Shown here: positions 23,768 to 36,961 of the stretch, piece after piece
Layout: each line of letters begins with the position of its first letter
How positions within the stretch are numbered: position 1 is the stretch's first letter
Source of the DNA: Rhynchobatus australiae
Lineage: Eukaryota
Direction: 5' to 3'
Assembly: GCA_034780895.1 (NCBI GenBank)
Contig: JAUZTB010000074.1
Span: 21,188,217-21,252,068 of the forward strand
Length of the DNA stretch: 63,852 nt
Translations under genes and position numbers: made by a program
Notes under the pieces: generated by a model
Seen by the model: only the letters and a program-made list of their open reading frames with translations
Databases searched by the model: none
What the model was told of the DNA's origin: nothing

Positions 23768-24812
23768 CTTGGTTTATCATTGTCACATGTACCAAGATAC
23801 AGTGAAAAGCTTTTGTTTTGCATGCTATGCAGAGAGATCATTCCATACATAAGTACGTAGAGGCAGTAAACAGAAAACAGAATGCAGAATATAGTGTTGT
23901 GGTTACAGAGAAGGTGCAGTGCAGGTAGGTAAGTAAAGTGCAAGGGCCACAACGAAGTAAATTGGAGAGTTCAAGAGTTCATTTATTAGTGTATGAGAGG
24001 TCCGTTCAAGAGTCTGATAACTGTGGGATAGAAGCTGTCCTTGAGTCTGGTGGCTCGCACTCTCAAGCTTTTTTTATCTTCTGCCTTACGAGAGAGGGGA
24101 GAAGAGAGAATGACTGGGGTGGGAGGGGTCCCTGATTATTTTAGCTGCTTTCCCGAGGCAGCAGGAGGTGTAAACAGAGTCAATGGAGGGGAGGGTGGTT
24201 TGCGTGATGGACTGGGCTGCACCACAACTCTCTGTGATTTTTATGAATGGAGTATATTTTTGAAACATACACGTATAAAAATATCTGACAGTGGAGAATG
24301 AGGTGGGCCGATACCACATTATAGCAATTAACCTCTAATGGAGACGTTAAGGAGGGTCTCATCTGTGGATTTGTCACCCTCGCATTCTCACATCTTCAGC
24401 ATTGGTTCCTCAGGGCTGAGAAAACCTGACAGCTGAAGGGAGGATAGAAGGACCAGATCCTGAAGGGGACCAGCATTATGGCACTGAATATAAATTGATA
24501 AATTGGTTTATTATTGTCCCATGTACCGAGGTACAGTGAAAAATTTTGTTTTGCGTGCCATCCATACAATGGTGTATTGCGGTAGCACAAGAGAAAACAA
24601 CAACAGAATGCAGAATAAAGTGTTACAGTTGCAGAGAAAGTTCAGTGTAAGCAGACAATAAGGTGCTGTGCCACAAGGTAGATTGTGAGGTCAAGAGTCC
24701 ATCTTATTGTACTAGGGAACCATTCAATAGTCTTATAACAGTGGGATAGAAGCTGTCCTTGAACCTGGTGTTACGAGCTTTCAGGCTTTTGTATCTTCTG
24801 TCCATCAGGAGG
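23768..24812 (-). mobile_element. Two Rex1/Babar 3' fragments (23768-24240, 24497-24812)
   Basis: AQSITQTTLPSIDSVYTSCCLGKAAKIIRDPSHPSHSLFSPL; shared GACAATAATAAACC-type tail. Confidence 0.8.
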
Positions 24813-25605
24813 GCCATGAATGCTTCTCCAACCAGCATTCAAATTTGCCTGCTCTCCTCCCACAATCAGGGTTCTACCTGACCTTCCATTCACAATCAAT
24901 CTCACCGACCTTCCATCCACACTCTCTGCAGCTGGCCTCCTGCCCAGGAGCTAACCAGCCTCTCAATCAGTCTGGCTGCCAGCCAGGGAATAATAAAAAT
25001 AAATAAAGTCCCGCTGTTAAGTTTGGGCACTCAGTGAATATCAGGACGTGCCTGTGACAAAGTTCTTCTCTGACCTAGCAAATTCACAATGGATGTAATT
25101 TCAACTGAAAGTTGCACTGTAGTGGTTTAAATATCAATCTGTCAACATACACACCTTTAAAGAGCAGTGCTACAATCCACAAAACCCTTGCATTTTCTTT
25201 GATCCCTCTCTTTCGCACAAGGTAAAGGCTTTCAGTGCTCTCACTTAACCTCATCTTGTTTATCTTTCTGACCTATTCTGAATTTTAAAGGTGCTTAACA
25301 AAATGTCACACAAAGCTAAAGCACAACTAAAGCATTTTACCAGCGAGATGAAAACATGCTTCAATCTCAAGATGCTAGGTTCTTTGAAGACAATATGAGG
25401 ATAGTTTTTTTTAAGTCAAATTAATAATATTTGTCCCCAATTCATGCAATGACTGAGGAATTTTAAGAGAAGCTCGGTGGCAAAACACACTTCTGGTTCC
25501 GAAATGGGAAAATTAGCCTTTATAGAATCATTGCTAGTTTATTTGCAAGTCTCATAATGAATGTATACATAACTGTGAACAGCAGTACCAAGGCACTGCA
25601 CGGTT

Positions 25606-25738
25606 AGGTTAGAGGTCAGTCATGGCTGGTCAATAACACAGGACTGAAAGTAAGCCACCTGGGCGTCATCAGTCTCCTGCAGCATAAACAGCACTGACAT
25701 ATACTCTGGCAAGCCAACCAGCTCAGGTTAGAGGTCAG
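25606..25738 (+). promoter_or_regulatory. Two identical DR1-type nuclear-receptor motifs (candidate enhancer)
   Basis: AGGTTAGAGGTCAG at 25606 and 25725. Confidence 0.4.
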
Positions 25739-26511
25739 GACACTGGGACTGGCTTTACAGCCCTAGAGGTGGAGATGTTTCTGGAATCTTTCACTGGGAG
25801 ATGACACACCCGACTTCAGAAGGAATAAAATGAAGTTTGACATCTCAGTATGTTACACCAGTCTGTTAAAGCCAGAACTAATCATTAGCGTTTGTTCGTA
25901 TGCTCTCACACTGTACATATGTTCCTGCCTTGCATATCGTGTGATTCCACACATATATCTATTATTATTCTATACACATGCTATCAAATTAGTGAAAGTT
26001 GAAAAGCACCTTGGAAAGTAATTTGCATTGTTATTATAATTAAATTCTTACATATTTATTAGCAATTAATTACATAGAAAAGCTTTTCAATATTTATACA
26101 ATAATGTCTGTTGTTAATTCCTCTACTAACAGTTGAAACAATAATAAATGTTCTGCATGAAGAGTGTGTGTACATTTAGTCCAGCTTCCTGTGCAAGCAC
26201 CCTGAGTGTTTAGTGACAGAGTTTTTGGAAGGAATGTATCTTTTTTAATTTTCTGGGGAGTATGGGTTGAAAATTGGCTCCTTATAAAAGAAATCACAGG
26301 CAGAAATGCTTATATACTCAACTGTGGAAGGGAAGAGAATGTTACTTTATTCAAACATGTATGATTTTAAATTTATTTTCTCTTTTACCTACATTGAACT
26401 GATATTACAAGGATAATTTTAACAATAGAGTTTACATTCATTGAATAGCAGAGAAATCCTGAGAAAAATCTTAACCTTTGCGTATATTATAAGATTTCCA
26501 CATGAACTTAC

Positions 26512-26646
26512 CACTCTTCAACCATGAAATGAGCTCTGCTGGTTTTTGAGGCATAATAAAAACAAGCTTAATAAACAGCCGATTCAAATAAGCAAATTGT
26601 ATACTAAACAAATGTTCTGCTTCCTTCCATATGTGAGGAAGGACAC
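26512..26646 (-). CDS. Tentative upstream host exon (...PAELISWLKS)
   Basis: Strong G|GTAAGT donor, phase 1 compatible with exon 17638-17728; acceptor position uncertain. Confidence 0.35.
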
Positions 26647-27304
26647 CTGAACTAATTGAAAACAGCCCTTGCATTAAGACAGAGTGTAGTTATTCTTCTT
26701 CAGAGCACTAAAGAAATCAACATCATCCTGGAAAGGAAAAATGGGTAGAGACTGGATACAGCAGCCCTCTGCCACCACTTGTGGCTTTCCAGTGTGATGA
26801 GGCTGGGCCATTGCTTCAGACCCAGTTTTTTTATTATCATGAGGCAAGTATAATACTCCTGATCTCCAAGCAGTTTGATCCTCATGGATCATTTTTATTG
26901 GAGGCAATAGCCTGCTGTAAGACTCATATAGACTGGTTGAGCACTCAGCAAGAAAACAACAGATCAACTATAACCCCCTTCCACACTCCACTGTGAGCAA
27001 ACTTAAAGTCTTGGGGCTTTCCAGNNNNNNNNNNAATGGGATCCAATTGGACTTACCATTCAACACTTGAGTAGGTAACTTTTATTCTAAGTCACCACTG
27101 TGTTAATACTGCAAGCTACACCTGAACCATCTCTCTCATCAACAACTCCTGCACTAATGGGCAGATGAAAAGGGGTGTAGGTGGCCCAGACTGGGTACCT
27201 CCAGCTGACATTTATGCAATACAATACCTTAGTAATAACAGCTAATTCATTGCTGTTCATATTTCTAATCTATTCTCAGTTTCAGAAGTTATTTATATCC
27301 AATA

Positions 27305-27641
27305 GAGTAAAAGGCAGATAATCTGCTATCTGGTGGTTCAGAAATCTGGATAGTTCAGTTCTGTTTCCTGCACTCACTTTAAACCCACCTGGGTCCTTGG
27401 AAAATTTACTATACCACTGTTAACATCAAAAACAAACAAAGGTAAATTAAAAGTATGGAGACACAAGAAACTGCAGATGCTGGAATCTGGAGCANNNNNN
27501 NNNNAACACACAAAAAGCTGGAAGAACACATCAGCAGGCTGAATGAAAAGTATGTTGGGTTATTAACAGGGTTCAGTTCAGAAAATCTGCTGCTCTGGCA
27601 CCACCAAAGTCCCGAGGTGTCAGATTATTGGAGTTTTACTG
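27305..27641. mobile_element. Tc1/mariner-pogo (Tigger-like) MITE with internal Penelope fragment
   Basis: TA|GAGTAAAAGGCAGATAATCTG ... CAGATTATTGGAGTTTTACTG|TA: imperfect TIRs with TA duplication. Confidence 0.6.
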
Positions 27642-28699
27642 TACCGCAAAGTTAAACAGATCGGGTACACATTTGAATTAATGTTGGTTGCTCACTCTGA
27701 GTGACTCATGCCACTATTTATCAGATTTTACCAACTTGTTTTATTCTTTTTCAAGGCTGCTCAACCTTATAACTCGGAGAGATTAAGGCAGCTTGAAGAG
27801 GCATTGATATAACTTCACAAGCCAATGCAGCAATCCTACTGAGAGCCGGCAGAACTCAAATGTCCTAAATAGACTCAGTATTTACATTTACCAAGATCCA
27901 AGCCAAAAAGATCTCAAGGGTAATGTGAGCAACTTAAATATGATGGTGCCGAGAAACAAACCATCTTTGATATTAAAATGAAAAGTTGTTACCAGAGAAT
28001 AAAAACAGTTGCGGAAATACTGACATATTATACAATACTGCTACAAGTACAAGCTGCCATAGGGATCAGAGAACTAGTCAGTACGGATATTCTGTAGAAC
28101 AAAATATAATATTTTCTCGTTGCTATACAAAGGGGGAAAAGAAGCATTATACAAGCAGGTCTAATCTATTCCGTTAGGCATTACATTGAATATCATTCCT
28201 CAGGAATTTGGCCAGTCATATCTGACAGTTCCTAGGAGGTATTATTCTAAGAGCAATCCTGCCAATGTGACACCACTAAAGAACAAAGTCTTTCTCAGGT
28301 TTTGCCTGTGTTGGTCACAATTCTCTTCAGAGCCTGCGTGTTTCACCCCAGGGAAACATAGCTCATCAATATCACCTTACAGTGGCCTGCTGTCATCCTA
28401 AAAGCATTGTGCTATATATTATTGAAGGGGACTGCCTGCAAGCGTTTCTTGCTTATACTTTAAGACTTAATGCTCTTAAATTGCTCATCAGACAGTAGAC
28501 GATTGAGATGGTGGCACTTTGCATACCTCAGTTCCTTGAATCAACCAGCACCCAGTCTTAGTTAACTTGTCAGGGAGGCAAAGCATTTCCCCAGAGATAG
28601 AGAATAATTGCAGAATAAAGTGGGCAAGCTAAAAATTTGCAGGATGCAACCCATACAGGGGTGCTCACTAAAAACTGAGATGCTTAGGAACTGCTAGGA

Positions 28700-28940
28700 G
28701 AGAGTGGTGAATCTCAGGAATTCTCTGCCCCAGAGGGTTGTGGAGGCTAGATCACTGGATATTTTTAAGGAAGTGGTAGATACATTTTTGCAAGATTAGG
28801 GAACTCAGGGCTAAGGGGAACTGGCACAGAGGAGAAAATGAGGCCTGGGGCAGATCAGTCATGATCACATTGAATGGCGGAGCAGGCTTGAAGGCCCCAG
28901 TAGCTGACTCCTGCTCCTATTTTTAATGGTCTTGTGTTCT
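28700..28940 (+). mobile_element. CR1 3' end
   Basis: GAGAGTGGTGAATCTCAGGAATTCTCTGCCCCAGAGGG...CTCCTGCTCCTAT tail. Confidence 0.8.
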
Positions 28941-30717
28941 AAAAGGAAAGAATAGTGGTTAATATTCAACGTGGCAAAAGGATGGCAAATAGTTCATGTA
29001 AAACTTCGAAGGCAAAAGGAATAAAATTGGAATAAGTTTGAATTGACCCAGTTTCACAGATTGAGAATGAAATACAAGCCATTTGGAATCCAATCACCGA
29101 ATGATCAAACACTGAAGGAAGCCATTCACAAAAAGAAGCCAGAACTGACATTTTGAAGAGTTATATATATTGTTCCCCTCTTTCTTCTTTGCCTACTGCC
29201 CAGAGTAATTCTCATTTTCAAGTATATATCCAATTCCCTTTTGAAAGTGATTAATTCTGTTACAACCACCTTTGAAGGAGCTGTGGTCCCAATCAGAGTA
29301 ATTCCTAAATACCAAATAAACTGATGTCCAAGCTTTTCCAAGACAATGTAGTGATTATATTTGGTTCTCAAGGATTCATGGAACGATAAAAGCTGCAATA
29401 ATTATAATAATCATTATTATAAACTAGCAACATTATAATAATCCTTCTACAAATTTTGCTCATGCCCTACAGAACAAATCATTGAACTAGAAGGATAAGT
29501 AGATATAGAATTCACCTATATTCCTAGGCTGGGATGCCAGGGGTTAGAAGATGTATGTGGCCCATCAGTATTTGACTGCATGTAACACATAGCTTCCAGA
29601 TTGCAAAGATTGTGTGTATGCTGCAAATGTGAAACTCCACCCAAAATAAAAAGCTACTCTGCAATCTTCCAATGCTCTGGCATAAAATGAGAATGTTAAA
29701 TAACAAAACAACATCTTTGCAAATAGTTTTTAAAAATACCATCCAAGAAATACTACCAACTGAGGCATGAGCAATTTTTTATGAAGTCATTTTACCCATT
29801 TTCTATTTAATTTTAAGAATTGAGCACCAATTTAAAACTATTAAATATTTCATATTTTATAGTGTAGCATTTTAGGACCAGAAATTGTGTGATGTAAATA
29901 TTATCTTATTAATATTTAATGGGTCTGCACACAATGTCTCCACCATTTCAATGGCATATTCAAAATAAAACGGGCGAACACCAGTGCCAACAGTTACAGG
30001 CAAAGAGATTACAGATGGTTGGCTTAAGCTTTTATTTCGTAGCGTCTGCAGACCATAATCCCAGTTTCTTCCTCTGAGAATTAATACACCAAACTATATG
30101 CTTAAATTTCACCATTATTTGCTGTTACCAGTAAGAGAAATTGAAAATAATAAAACAGAAAATGCTAAGGTTACTTAGCAGGTCAGGCAGCATTTGAGGA
30201 GAATCAGATTCAATGCACCAAGCTGATAAACGTTTATCAGAACAGAGTAAAGTTAGAAATCAAACGTGTGTACAAACCTTAATTAATACTTATCCCCAAA
30301 ACAAGTAACTTGGTAAGTATTAATTAAAGTTTGACTCTATGTATTACAATCCCTTCACAGAAATTTCAAAAGATAATATTGTTTTAAAAATATAAAAAAT
30401 CCAGAAAGTCTGAGGTGTTTCAATGACATTTATTGTATAGATATTTAATATTCTGTGAAGTGATTTAAAATTGTCCTTTTACATCTTGTTTTATTGCTTC
30501 GAACACTTATTGCTGCTTGGCCAGCTTGATGACAGCACAGCAACAAGTTACGAGCAACCTCCTTGCTGTGATAGCTCAGAAGAGGGAAGTTTCTTGCACA
30601 AAGATTCTCATATTTATTATTCTTATATTTCCTTATGACAAAGAAAGAGGCCATTCAGCTCACTGAATCCATGTCGAGTCTCAAAGCAATCCCATTAATC
30701 CCAATCTCCCACCTATG

Positions 30718-31017
30718 GGCAGGTACAATAGTGTAGCGGTTAGCGTAACGCTCTTACAGCGCCAGCAACCTGGGTTCAATTCCCACCGCTGTCTGTAAGG
30801 AGTTTGTACTTTCTCCCCATGTCTGCATGGATTTCCTCCAGGTGCACTGGTTTACTCCCACATTCCAAAGACAAATGGGTTAGGAAGTTGAGGGACGTGT
30901 TATGTTGGCGCCGGAAGTGTGGCGACACTTGCGGGCTGCCCCCAGACATTCTGCGCAAAAATGCATTTCACTGTGTGTTTTGATGTACACGTGACTAATA
31001 AAGATATCTTATCTTAT
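30718..31017 (+). mobile_element. Younger V-SINE with (ATCTT)n tail, inserted in an older minus-strand HE1 copy (~30640-31130)
   Basis: tRNA head GGTTCAATTCC, V-domain, AATAAAGATATCTTATCTTAT; retains CpGs. Confidence 0.8.
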
Positions 31018-31739
31018 TTCCCTGTGACCCATTCTCTCTCACATGATCACCAACTCACTCCATGATTTTTCTGCCACCAACCTACACTAGGGACAAGTTA
31101 CAGTAGCTAATTACTCCAGCAGCAAGCATGGCTNNNNNNNNNNNNNNNNNNNNNNNNNNNNNNNNNNNNNNNNNNNNNNNNNNNNNNNNNNNNNNNNNNN
31201 NNNNNNNNNNNNNNNNNNNNNNNNNNNNNNNNNNNNNNNNNNNNNNNNNNNNNNNNNNNNNNNNNNNNNNNNNNNNNNNNNNNNNNNNNNNNNNNNNNNN
31301 NNNNNNNNNNNNNNNNNNNNNNNNNNNNNNNNNNNNNNNCTGGGCTAGGAGGTTCAGACGAGGGAAGGAGGAGAAGACGAAGGGCTGCCATCTGTTTTTT
31401 GCTCCAGATTCCAGCATCTGCAGTCGCTTGTGTCTCATTTTACCACTTTGCAGCAGACTTACTAGAATGGCACAAGTAGGGATCTGGGCAGGGTAAAGTA
31501 TTGGCAAAGACTGATGGACAAAACTGCAGTGGGTGAATGGGTGATCTTTGAAGAACAATAATTTCAGGTAAAGTCTAAGTCCCTTCCACAAGGGAGAAAG
31601 GAAGGGGAACCACATTCAGAGCTCCATAGTTGGCAAATTATACAGAGAATATGATGAAAGAAAGGAGTGTGTCCAATGTATGTCTGATGGAAAATTCAAG
31701 TGAAAACCTGGCTAAACACAATAAGCTGAGAGATGAAGG

Positions 31740-34260
31740 GCAAAGGAAAATGATACATGCAAAGAGAGAAGACAAGTATGGAACAGCAACTATCACTCAA
31801 TAAAAATCAAAACTTTTCTTAAAGGCCGCAAATAGTAAGTAGAGAGTAGGAGGAGGTCTGGGGTCATTTCAGGACTGAGAAGGTGAGCTATACATAGAGA
31901 CAGAACATGGCTGGAACTTTGCGTGCATCTTTAGGAAGGGGAATGCTGCTGAAGTCTCGAGAAAGGGAAGTAATGGAATTTATGGGTAGAGTGAAAGTTG
32001 ATAAGGTTCTGGTACTAGAAAGGTTAGTACTTAAAGTAACTAAGTCACCTGGTCCAGATAGGATGGATTCCAGGTTGCCAAGAGAAATGGGGCTGGAGAT
32101 GGTAGGAGGGCTTGTGACACTCTTCCAATCGTCCCTTGGCGCAGGTAGGTGCCAGAGAACTGGAATATGCCAAGTGTAATACCTTAATTCATAAGGAGAT
32201 GCATGGCAATGATAAGCAGTTCAACTTAACAACAACGGTGGCTTTGAGAAACAACAAACAGGGGAAGAAAAGTCAATAGACACCTAGTGGTGTCAACACA
32301 GAAGAGAGTCTACACAGACTGTTAAATTGACTTGGACATGGGGCTGAGGTGCAAAATTTCAAAATTTGCAGATGGCACAAAACTTGGCGGTTGATGTAGA
32401 GTGATGACCTGCAATATATTGTGAGGGACTTGGATAGGGTGACAGAATGGGTGGACAAGTGGCAGGTTAAATTTNNNNNNNNNNNNNNNNNNNNNNNNNN
32501 NNNNNNNNNNNNNNNNNNNNNNNNNNNNNNNNNNNNNNNNNNNNNNNNNNNNNNNNNNNNNNNNNNNNNNNNNNGGAGGAGGAGGAATCTGGTAGGAGAG
32601 GGCAGTGGACCTTGGAATAAAGGGAAGGAGATGGGGAATAGGAGGGAGGTGAGGGGCTGTCATGAGGGTGGGGGGAGGGGAAAGAGAGGAGTGAGGGTTA
32701 ACAAAGGGGGGTAGGTGGGGAAAAAAGGGGAGGCAAGAGGGGAGGGGTTCCTGGAAGTAAGAGAAATGGACATTGATGCCGTCAGGTTGGAGACAACCAA
32801 GGTGTTTCTGCTCCAGTAGAGGCTGTGGATGGACATGTCGGTGTGGGAGTGGGATGTGGAATTGAAGCGGCTGGTCACCTGTCCCTACCTCTCCTCCCTC
32901 ACCACCATCCCGGGCCCTAGACAGCCCTTCCAGGTGAGGCAGCGCCTCACCTGTGAGTCCGAGGGTGCCATTTATTGCCTCCGCTGCTCCCGGTGCGGCC
33001 TCCTCTACACCGGTGAGACCTGACGCAGATTGGATGACCACTTCGTCAAGCACCTTCGCTCCGTCCGCCACAACAGCCAGGATCTCCTGGTGGCCGCCCA
33101 CTTCAATTCCACATCCCAATCCTTCCTCATGACCAGCTCATCACCTCCCTCCAAATCCACATCTCCTTCCCTTTATTCCAAGGTCACCTGCCCTCTCCTA
33201 CCGGATTCCTTCTTCTTCAGCCCTCTGCCTCTTGCACCTATCACCCCTCAGCTTCTCGCATCACTCCCGGTCATCCCTCCTCCCCCGCACACCTACCTTC
33301 CCCCTCTCACTTGGACTCACCTACCACCTGCCAGCCTGCGCTCCTCCCCCTACCTTTTTATTCCGGCTTCTGCCCCTTTCCAGTCCTGATGAAGGGTCTC
33401 GACCCGAAACGTCGACTGTTTATTTCCCTCCATGGATGCTGCCTGACCTGCTGAGTCCCTCCAGCACATTTTGCATATTATTTCAAAGTCTGACAACCAC
33501 AGTGTAATGTTCTGAAGGTGACTTTAAGAGATTGCATTTCTCATGTTCAACTCTCTCTAAAGGTCAGATGACGACACAATGATAAAATGGTTTTGCGCAC
33601 AAAAGCACATGCTAAATCTACTGAATTGTAAGTGTTCTTACCTGCTGTTTCCTTATGATAGACACAATGTTTGAAAATGTAAAGAATCACAACAGAAGCT
33701 AAGGATCTGGATAGACAGGTAGACAGGTGCACGGCAGGTTAAATTTAATACAGAAAATAAGCAAAGTGGCTTCTTTTGGCAAAAAGATAGAGAAAATACA
33801 GACTGACAGCACCATTCCAAAAGTTATGCAGGAATAGAGGGATTTGGGGGGGGTACGTGTGTGCCAATATCTTTGAAAATGAAAGGGCATATTGAATAAA
33901 TGGTTAGTAACACTTATGGGATCATGGCTTCATAAACAGAGAGCACAGAGGTTATGTTGTGGCTGCATGAAACGCTGGTTAGCCCATAACTGGATTATTG
34001 CACCCAATTCTGGTTATCACGCTTGAGGAAGGATGTGAAGGTCCCAGAGATGGCAAGGTAAAGGTGTACTGGTGCAATTCTCATGGTGAAGATTACACCT
34101 GCAAGGTTACCTAAGCAGCTGGGGTTTTTCTTCTCGTTTGGGAGCAGAAGTGCACAAGGTCTTGATGGTTTAGATTCAGTAAATAAAAAGAAGCTGTTTT
34201 ATTTGCAGTTTACTCAAGGACAGGAGCACAAACTCAAAGCAATAGTCAAAATGAATTGCC
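31740..34260 (+). mobile_element. Old CR1 fragments interrupted by a Penelope element
   Basis: KVTKSPGPDRMDSRL, KFADGTKLG, DLDRVTEWVDKWQVKF. Confidence 0.75.
32575..33475. mobile_element. Penelope-like element, GIY-YIG endonuclease fragment, inverted arrangement
   Basis: FQVRQRLTCESEGAIYCLRCSRCGLLYTGET*RRL.DHF..HLRSV...VAAHFNSTS on + (32880-33120), inverted arm 32575-32880, CCCGAAACGTCGAC terminal motif. Confidence 0.88.
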
Positions 34261-36605
34261 TGCAAGAGTGGTGGAAAGAGAGTTAATTTGGGCCTTCAAA
34301 GAAAATGGGCTAATATCCCTACTCAAAATATTTTGCCACCTGTTTTGAGTAATCAGCAAGGTTACAAAATTAATTCTCCCCCTTTCCCAGTCATTTACTT
34401 CAAATATTCAACTAGAGGTAAAAATGAAACTCAAAGAACCAAATTTATAGCCATATNNNNNNNNNNNNNNNNNNNNNNNNNNNNNNNNNNNNNNNNNNNN
34501 NNNNNNNNNNNNNNNNNNNNNNNNNNNNNNNNNNNNNNNNNNNNNNNNNNNNNNNNNNNNNNNNNNNNNNNNNNNNNNNNNNNNNNNNNNNNNNNNNNNN
34601 NNNNNNNNNNNNNNNNNNNNNNNNNNNNNNNNNNNNNNNNNNNNNNNNNNNNNNNNNNNNNNNNNNNNNNNNNNNNNNNNNNNNNNNNNNNNNNNNNNNN
34701 NNNNNNNNNNNNNNNNNNNNNNNNNNNNNNNNNNNNNNNNNNNNNNNNNNNNNNNNNNNNNNNNNNNNNNNNNNNNNNNNNNNNNNNNNNNNNNNNNNNN
34801 NNNNNNNNNNNNNNNNNNNNNNNNNNNNGCATAATTCAATTATGAGTTAATCAATGCAGATGGCAATGTTTGAAATTCAGCTGCTTTGAATGAAACAATT
34901 TTGTACTAAAAGTTGGAAACGTAGAGAGACACAGTACAGAAACAGGTGCTTCAGCCCTCTGCGTCCATGCCAACTATCAAGCATCCATCAAGGACAAAAC
35001 TAGAGCATCAAGAGGAAACCCATGTAATCACAAAGAAAATATGCAAACAGACAGCACCAAGGTCAGGATCAAACCAGGGTCACTCGAGCTGCGAAGCAGC
35101 AGCTCCACTAGTTGTGTCACATGTCACCCAGCTTTAAGAAAGATTTCTAGGTACATTGCAATTTTCAGTTTTGCATGGAAATATTGAACTATACTGAAGG
35201 ACCAACTGGGAAGTCATTCCGGGCAGGAGACATGTATGTGAGGAATATGTAGCTCACTTTTCCTGTTAGCTCTTTAGAGCTAAATTTAGAGAGAGACTCA
35301 CTTTCTGCTTTACCTGTATATGTGCAGAAACCACTAAATGCTTTATTAGTTGTGGGTTTTAGATATTTAGGTTTTTCATCATTTTATATATTAAAAACAC
35401 AATACACTTGTAAAATAACTTGTTGATAAATTTTACTTTGTATTCCATTTGTTGTGCTCCATGTCCTTAATCTCTCGTAGAAAATTTATGACACAGAACA
35501 AAACCATTTTGTCCAACATGCCACATCCCACTTTCCAGCATGAGGTAAATTGGTTTATTATTGTCATATGTACCGNNNNNNNNNNNNNNNNNNNNNNNNN
35601 NNNNNNNNNNNNNNNNNNNNNNNNNNNNNNNNNNNNNNNNNNNNNNNNNNNNNNNNNNNNNNNNNNNNNNNNNNNNNNNNNNNNNNNNNNNNNNNNNNNN
35701 NNNNNNNNNNNNNNNNNNNNNNNNNNNNNNNNNNNNNNNNNNNNNNNNNNNNNNNNNNNNNNNNNNNNNNNNNNNNNNNNNNNNNNNNNNNNNNNNNNNN
35801 NNNGCTGATGTGCCACATTATGAGGGGCTCTGACTAAACTCATTCAGTCAGAAAACAGCCCAACTACAGGAATGAAAAAGATTCACCAGCTTTGACCAAG
35901 CCTGATATATCTGCATTGGTACAAAAACTTGTACCAAAGTCACTGTAGGTCTCTGCTTTAGAGATTGGAGTCCACCTCCTACCATAAAGCACACCTAATT
36001 TGTGACACAGAATTGCCATCGGTGCTAATGATAACTAGTTACTCCACAAATGGAAATATATGGCAATGTCCTGATAAGGCTTAATGAGTCATGACATTAA
36101 GAGCACCAGGGATTCGTGGAGATTGCTGAATCCAGTCTTCATGTTCCATGCAATTATTCTACAAGGTATTAATAAATGTTCTGTTTGAACATTAAACCCA
36201 TTTCTGTCATAGCTGAGGAGGTAGTCAAATCACTTGCACAATTAGAAGCAGTCATGGTTTCAACATATCCATTTTACCCCAAATTACAGAGGATCTAGGG
36301 CACAGAACAGACCATTCAACCCATGCTGTTGTTTAAACCCTCTGGGTAATCCTCTGTTCCTTCTCTCTCCTGTGCACGTCCAGCCTTCATGTAAATTTTG
36401 CGATACTGTTTGCTTTGATCATTTCCTCCATTGGCAGGTTCCACATTCTTACCACTCTTCAGTATTGTAGATGCCTGTCAGAAGTAAACTTCACTGTCCA
36501 TATCCTTGGGTGATTTCAGTGCTCAGGCACCAGGATGACAAAAAAGAAAAATATTAGAATACTAATCTACATGATCACTCTGGTCTTCAGAATAGGCAGA
36601 AGAGG

Positions 36606-36961
36606 ACAACATGGTTGGTGCCGCTGGTAGAGCAGCTGCCTCACAGTTCCAGCAACACTGGTTCAATCTGACCTCTGGTGCTGTCTGTGTGGAGTTTGCA
36701 TGGTCTCCCTGTAACCAAATGGGTTCCCTCTGTGCACTGTGGTTTCCTTCCACATCCCAAAAATTTGGAGGTTAGTGGATTAATTGACCACATTAAATTG
36801 CCCCCAGTGTGTAGCTGAGTGGCAGAAGCTGGGGAGTGTTGATGGGAATGTGGGAAGAATAAAATAGGTTATGGTAGAATCAGTGTAAAAATGGGTGTCT
36901 GATTCTCACTGCAGACTTAATGGCCAAAGGGATGGTATCTGTGCTGGTTATCTTGAACTCT
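36606..36961 (+). mobile_element. HE1-like V-SINE
   Basis: Same head, V-domain and tail as 20439. Confidence 0.85.

Noticed and set aside
26674-26730. Strong acceptor TTTTTCCTTTCCAG near 26728 (minus)
   Set aside because: All three frames hit stops before the 26512 donor, so it is not used in the coding model
32322-33119. 265-aa minus-strand ORF
   Set aside because: Chimera of Penelope arms, low-complexity sequence and a gap
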